Positions 59,501 to 64,000 of a stretch of 64,000 nucleotides of DNA are shown here, in pieces. Source of the stretch: Albugo candida (Eukaryota); the NCBI GenBank assembly GCA_040437565.1, contig JBDOQK010000053.1:1-64000 (forward strand). Direction: 5' to 3'. Every line of letters starts with the position of its first letter. The first letter of the stretch is position 1. Made by a program: the position numbers and the translations under genes. The notes under the pieces were generated by a model that was given only the letters and a program-made list of their open reading frames with translations, was not told where the DNA came from and did no database searches.

Positions 59501-60039
59501 TCGGCAGTTGAAAAAACCCGAATTCTCGCATTAGCGTCTAATGACACAAACCGTTTTTTCCATTTTCTACCTTTACTCGAGCTTTTCTTAATAAACACCC
59601 AGCCAAGAAGTGGATCATTTCCCAGCTCTATGAGTGAAGAAACAAAGTCTTGTTTGCTGTACAACGTGTCGGTGAAAAAAGGCAGCGAGTAGTATGGTGA
59701 GGAGTGAGGCAAGAAAGTAGCGAGGGGTGGTGACTGAGAATCCGACTCACGCAATACTTCGGGCGATGTGAGACCTTTTGGGGCTATACAGCGTGACAAT
59801 TGGCGTGTTTTTTTCGCTTTCAAGGATGCGTGTGGAGTGAAATTGCTCGATGAAGCCTTGGACCTGTTCTGGGTGTATAGCAGAAAACAGGCAAAGACGA
59901 TGAAAACGGCGAGTGTCAGTAGGACGATTGTATCGTTGTATACGCTCATGGAATCCTTCGTGATACAAACGTCATTTCTCTCTGTGGGTGATGAGATTGG
60001 CCCATGATTATTGGATGATTCGATCGCATCGGTCTCCAT
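56308..60039 (-). CDS. Membrane-anchored lipid-transfer protein: TM - PH - C2-like - VASt - VASt - DysF
   Basis: TM IVLLTLAVFIVFACFLLY; PH GWVFIKK..WKKRFVSL; two repeats FRSLT.A.IGPSST...DIPY.DCF..E...PF.K..LFKSKI.SS; DysF FENQR...LLPTDR...W.W...W..D....EGWSYA.DF...VRRRRWIR. Confidence 0.8.
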   Translation of the reverse strand: METDAIESSNNHGPISSPTERNDVCITKDSMSVYNDTIVLLTLAVFIVFACFLLYTQNRSKASSSNFTPHASLKAKKTRQLSRCIAPKGLTSPEVLRESDSQSPPLATFLPHSSPYYSLPFFTDTLYSKQDFVSSLIELGNDPLLGWVFIKKSSSKGRKWKKRFVSLDANARIRVFSTADAARKNINLKMSLKIFAVKPADPIEIGTNTLELCGTLGGTYYMRVDDPMTAKKWLCVATKRAIEASTYKNPGVDRIYPVLASSVSLPNDTSLTKETQDQRPALQSHTLNLSIKELTYLNDSTLRQFYFVIKFHSEGHTRNDVPVGQTLPTNCVNGKVYWDDQWSWQFRDHFCSECDECRKAIGVTASSSVISALPEILILTLYETRLRCLTTKIGQVSISISELFGIYGMKRGEIECCWPLVAFTENATLGQVLLKLEYTASSMRDRTQSHGESEKDEGQVVSAKPFLVTNESQLESVGEYSVPSSITDCQLLFNLFYRNEADPTVRKRWEGYRDARGETETEVGKWEVAKQYGGFIRVSSFRSLTNATIGPSSTLCTLTELLVPTAPNNAFNAITSSDENSCIENNIRACIDPAELIIRSKMVLHDIPYGDCFAVEKVNRFVRLHGNGFVFKVLLGIPFSKGCLFKSKIISSTRESVQTASELMMEEWEKAIGSDEYPANGTEDGCVKEPKTPFLTSNENERHFIGDFSLPKEMDSLYKLYACFYANGAEHRMEELRQSVGDTELEVDPWQISEACGGIVRELRFRSLTHAPIGPSSTRTKNQQHIQIPSSNPLSPATLKVDVHHALSRMKTMVLEIKTELQDIPYHDCFTAEQHVEFKIDSQGIIVAKVHAAVPFTKSTLFKSKIVSSFRESVAKSNQALFEYIAKYVVENKDSLSVDSNDTYEIPSETTENLSARRKANFGLRSSSETEAFVPDGPISWNDSQSHDTSHSIGKWSRKPGKKKRFQVLSESSITSHCIHSAASPSGAGPTLLRKPSISNRLNSTLDGTVALEEIFENQRMSLFGKWGPNHLLPTDRARFTNRSGHVELGFEQIRLPPHWVWTTPWKIDKRYTDCDDEGWSYATDFRRFNAHLARGKSSSKRLGASVRRRRWIRMMAYVPQVDLVDVTENGNGKDEEVPGRVRTGPSLAASIGAGVIRTLPCTKCHGTLVCSCPNAGTENGDGTLMTRKTMGRQYRLISSSKMKSSSVSGSSGSTSIGIAGDKAGGRAGAGMEMEQRQETIPA

Positions 60040-60318
60040 TTTAGCGATTCGCCAGTTACGTGGCGATACCCAGGTATACGGAATGGTATACACTTGATGG
60101 TCCGAATTTTCTCTATGATCCGTATATAAAATACAGCTTTGTATTCACATACTTTAATGCAGATAACGCGACTCAAACTAGAAAAAAGCGTAAAAAAAGA
60201 ATTGGTGTCGACTTGTGAGCCTCGTTGTACCACGAGCAGTGTCCTGTGATGCAAACAGAACTCGTGCTATAATACGCGTAGAAAACACAATGGGAATCGC
60301 ATGAGTGAGCAATTATCG

Positions 60319-60868
60319 TTAATTCTGCGCAGCGAGGCTTTTCTCATCAGGCAATGACACATTGGCATTGACGGTCGGTTGTTCTTTTGTCTTGTTTTCT
60401 TCACGTTCTTTCTTCAACTTTTCATTTTCTATCGTTATTTTACCATTCTCATCCCTCGATATGCGAGTGATTCCGTCAGTTCCGTGTTTGATTGTTATTT
60501 CATCCCCTTCCTGAGTTTTAATTGTGGTGGTATGTGTTTCCACAGACGGATCGTCTTTCAAAGTCGTACTCTTCAGATTTCCGGTGCGCGTACTCTCCTG
60601 CTGCTTCACTTCCGTTGTCTCGTGTGCGCTTGCGATTTGATCTTTCGTATTGTCACGATTAACAACGATGAAGCCGTCACGGAATGTGTTGGTTGATGTC
60701 ACTGTTCAAAGAAATCACACACAAAAACAAACAAATTGGAGGATAAAACGTGATGTCATCGCAATCGGGTAAAATGAGTACAAAAAACGAACCAAAGCCT
60801 TCCGGTACAATCCGCACGGAAAAGAACAGCAGGAATAGTGTAATTATCAAGAGATACAGCATATGCAT
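60319..60868 (-). CDS. Small putatively secreted or membrane-anchored Thr/Lys/Glu-rich protein (intron 60702-60792)
   Basis: Hydrophobic exon MHMLYLLIITLFLLFFSVRIVPEGF splices in frame (phase 1) onto ORF 60319-60701. Confidence 0.55.
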
Positions 60869-61023
60869 GCTTTTGAATTTATGATGCTGCGGAGGTCGGG
60901 TCAGGTCAAACGGGCATTTCTCTTTATTCGCAGCGCGAGATCGAGTTCTCATACTTTCTGACTTGATGGAGCCGTCTTTAAATTCCATTCCAAGTGATTG
61001 GCTAAAAGTAGCAGTGTTTAAAA

Positions 61024-61808
61024 ATGACGCAGAATCACTTATTGGGTGAGAATGACTGTAATCGTACACTTGGCATTCGTTATGAACATTTACAGTCAGC
61101 AACACCACCAAACCCGTTTTTATACCCTCGGTCTCTATTCCGTTTACAAAACGAAACGGGCATGTATCCAATTTTAGCAACACATCCGCCACAGCTCGTG
61201 CAACATTTCCAGCCAAATCCAATATTAGAGTCATGCGCGGGTAAATTCGTAATGTCAGCGGCGATGGGTGTGGGTTACTTGGTCTATTTCTCAATAGTCG
61301 CATTGGCTTAGAGGTATCTCTTTAGGGTACGTAATGGGGAATCTGTTTGGAGTTGTCCTTGGAAGTTATGAAGGAATGGCTCCTCCTATCCCAATTCCAG
61401 GCCAGAGGGAAGCACCCAAAGTTCCTTGGAAAGAATCGGTGAGTCGGAAGCGATGAGGTCATTTATTGTGTATGCAAATTGGCTTTTTAGATGCGTGGAG
61501 CTTTACGAGTGACTGCAGGCAAATGTCGCTATTGGGGAAATAACTTTATGATTATATCGGGTAAGATTGCATTGAATCAGTCGATATAGATAATAGGGTT
61601 TCTACGGCGTGTAGCTATGTTTTCTGGCTTGGAATGTGCCTCGGAAAAAGTTCGAGCTCGTCACGATGTGGGGAATGAGCTCCTTGCAGGATGTGCTACT
61701 GGAGCTACTTTGGCTTACGGTCAGGGAATTCAAGCACAATGCTTAGGATGTGTAGGATTTGCAGCATTTTCAATGGCCATTCATCATCTCACAGATGGCA
61801 AATTCTGA
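61024..61808 (+). CDS. TIM22: Mitochondrial inner-membrane translocase TIM22 (multi-exon)
   Basis: LESCAGKFVMSAAMG|YVMGNLFG... and FSGLECASEKVRARHD..N...AGCATGA...CLGCVGFAAFS. Confidence 0.88.
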
Positions 61809-61870
61809 TACGGCGACATAACTTGGACAAGAGATGCATTAGAGAAAGTGAAATCCCGACCAGTTATTTA

Positions 61871-63070
61871 TCAATTTGAATCAAAATCAGAATCTAGAAC
61901 GTCGTCATCCGCATTGTCAAGATCTTGATCGGTAGAGTTCCCTTCGATCTCACTGAGCTCTAGTCCTTCGTACGCTTCTTCATCTTCTTCATCTTCTTCG
62001 TCAAACTCTTTCATTTCAGTCTGAGAATTCTCTATTTTTTGCTTTTTACCAGGCCGAGTCGAGTCTTCTACATGCTGCACGATACCTTCATCACAAAACA
62101 AAACTGTATTCAGCCGCTGTTTTGCATATATCGAGTGCTGGCATGTCCGTGCGTTGATATCAAACACGTGGACCATCCTGTCCAGTCCGACTGCTGCCAA
62201 ATATGGTAAAGTCGGATGGCGCGACAAGCTGCGAATAGCTCCATCTGGTCCGAGGAATCGTCCGAGATGTTTTAGCGTTCGAAGGTCCAACACGTCCAAA
62301 CAGCCTGTCGTATCCGCCGCATACACATGCAATCCATTTGGATCGACGCACAACGCGTTGATCGGATGGTCGCCAAAATCGATGCTCTGTATGGGACGTC
62401 TCTGTGTATTTGTGTCATACAAACGGATTTGATGATACCCTGTTCCAACTACAAGTCGATGACCGTTGCTGTTGCCTTGTGAGAGAAATTCGATATCTTT
62501 TACCCAAACGGGAACTCGTAATTGCAGTTTATCAAACGGAACATTTTTGGCTCGAAATACTATTTGTTGTGTTTCCAACGACCAAATTTGTGCATCGACT
62601 TCTTTTCCACCAATTGCAAAGTGTCTCTGCACACTTTGAGCATCTTTTTGTGGTTCGAGTCGCATGCACTCTATTCGCTCGCTCAATTTGATCACATTGC
62701 CAAGTTGGTTCGTGGACGGGTTATACTCTGACACGATTCCAGAGTCCGTCACATGAAGAACAGAGCCTTTGTCTCTAATTATGTCCAAGCCAACACATTT
62801 TCCTTCTTCTATTTCACTCGTCCAATTTGGGATACATTCCGACAACCGTTCATGGCGTACAGTCAGGTTCTCAATGTAGCCATTGGCTCGAGCGAGGACT
62901 ATAGAATTACACGCTTGTGTGGGATTCTGATCCGCTTTGTGCCAACACATATGCTGTATCCCATGAGATCGACATTGGCTTTTCGTGCCAGTAGATAGGA
63001 TAATCTGTTCTTTTTTCTCTAATGCGATTGATTTAAGTAAACCTGTTTCGTCTCCGACCAAAACACGCAT
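61871..63070 (-). CDS. WDR74: Ribosome biogenesis WD40 protein WDR74/Nsa1
   Basis: MRVLVGDETGLLK, GGKE, FRAKNVPFDKLQLRVPVW, RLYDT..QRRP, VGLDR and YAKQRL; acidic tail. Confidence 0.92.
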   Translation of the reverse strand: MRVLVGDETGLLKSIALEKKEQIILSTGTKSQCRSHGIQHMCWHKADQNPTQACNSIVLARANGYIENLTVRHERLSECIPNWTSEIEEGKCVGLDIIRDKGSVLHVTDSGIVSEYNPSTNQLGNVIKLSERIECMRLEPQKDAQSVQRHFAIGGKEVDAQIWSLETQQIVFRAKNVPFDKLQLRVPVWVKDIEFLSQGNSNGHRLVVGTGYHQIRLYDTNTQRRPIQSIDFGDHPINALCVDPNGLHVYAADTTGCLDVLDLRTLKHLGRFLGPDGAIRSLSRHPTLPYLAAVGLDRMVHVFDINARTCQHSIYAKQRLNTVLFCDEGIVQHVEDSTRPGKKQKIENSQTEMKEFDEEDEEDEEAYEGLELSEIEGNSTDQDLDNADDDVLDSDFDSN

Positions 63071-63169
63071 GCTGACTTGTGTGATTTGAGCCAATCGATT
63101 AGTCTATCAATAAAGTTGATTCATTATGCGGCCAATCAGATGCTCAAAATTAATTAGATTTTGAAGGAA

Positions 63170-64000
63170 ATGTCCACAACTGATCGAAAAAAATTGATCG
63201 ACCAAAGCGTTCGCTTCCTACAACATCCGACTGTGCGAGACACTCCGCTGTCGGAGAAATTGAAATTTCTTGAGAAAAAAGGGCTGACGTCTCAGGTGAT
63301 GTTTCGAACGTGAACGGATTGCGCTGATGTCTGATCACATTGCGCGGCAGGAAATCACAAGAGCTTTGAAGGAGTATGAAGAAGCCGTCTCCAGCCAGAC
63401 AAATCAGATTGCTTCATCGATGGTATTGAGCGTGATTTCTATATGGGTTATAAGCAGTATTTCGAGTTATGTGCAAATGTAGACTGGTCTAACGAGCGGT
63501 TCTCGACTGCTCGATCGAGTTGGCGTCATTGTTGGAGGCCTTTCGGAATTCGGGTACCTTGTGTCGCTTCGATTATCTCAAGAAGGAGCAAAACTCTCCG
63601 TTGTGGACCTAGCTTCCAGGAAAGGTATCGGGAAACAACACGAAACCGATTGGAAGATCTTTTATGGCGAATCTTACGATTGGGATTTTTTCGATACATC
63701 ATACAAAACCATCGCCAACGAGTTTGATCGAATTGATTTTATTGTCAACTGTATACCAATACAAAACATTCCAATTCACAGACTCGTTGACCAAAATACT
63801 ACGATACAAGACAATCTTTTCGGAAAAGCAGCGCACGCAACGTTCTTGAGCTGCAAACGAGCCATTCATCAAATGCTGACGCAACAGAAAGAGAGCATCT
63901 GCGGTCGAATTCTTAACGTGATAACAGGTCACATCAAACACTCGTCCAAAGAGAGCTTTGAGGCAGCGGTACTCCGTCACCTCACCCACTATATTGCGAC
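63170..64000 (+). CDS. Pex14 N-terminal domain fused to an SDR-like Rossmann domain (exons 63170-63295, 63351-63422, 63483->64000; runs off the window)
   Basis: LIDQSVRFLQHPTVRDTPLSEKLKFLEKKGLTSQ|EITRAL; exon 3 is open to the window end: LLDRVGVIVGGLSEFGYLVSLRLSQEGAKLSVVD...EFDRIDFIVNC...TFLSCKRAIHQML...GRILNV. Confidence 0.75.

Noticed and set aside
63699-63989. Minus-strand 96-aa ORF, and plus-strand ORFs 63443-63727 and 63664-63849
   Set aside because: Shadows or wrong frames of the SDR-like exon that is open from 63483 to the window end.
1-64000. tRNA or rRNA genes
   Set aside because: No cloverleaf or rRNA-like sequence recognised by eye; tRNAscan-SE/Infernal would be needed to exclude them.

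Overview
Eukaryotic draft-assembly DNA. Short GT-AG introns, very short intergenic spaces, oomycete-type retrotransposon and promoter motifs and RxLQ-like secreted proteins point to an oomycete, most plausibly Albugo (inference, not verified). Bases 1-11,600 are a gene-poor nest of decayed transposons: Ty3/Gypsy with LTR plus an inverted LTR fragment, two non-autonomous TIR elements, an IS630/Tc1/mariner-type transposase, a MULE transposase, and possibly a decayed Cys-motif (CCG-like) effector. Bases 11,700-64,000 are gene-dense: KIF-binding protein, PARG, PH-domain MAPK, secreted purple acid phosphatase, PAT1, a ~1270-aa secreted RxLQ protein, Myb, ORC3, RPB10, cysteine synthase, mitochondrial uS9, SEC13, a KH protein, RPS17, an OB-fold protein, PIG-S, PEX14-like, cytochrome c, NUP35, MPC2, CRAL-TRIO-PH, TM-PH-C2-VASt-VASt-DysF, TIM22 and WDR74. 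Highlights: (1) a spliced gene missed by the ORF track that fuses a Pex14 N-terminal domain to a degenerate SDR fold; (2) a Pex14-like protein carrying a PUB (p97-binding-type) domain; (3) the large secreted, possibly pore-forming RxLQ protein; (4) a PH-NTF2-like-C2-MAPK with an SEY activation loop; (5) a 100-nt hairpin in the RPS17 intron whose wobble pattern favours the antisense strand. Nine of the eleven 100-N gaps are flanked by duplicated sequence, read here as assembly artefacts. All family calls come from motifs recognised by eye; no database searches were run.
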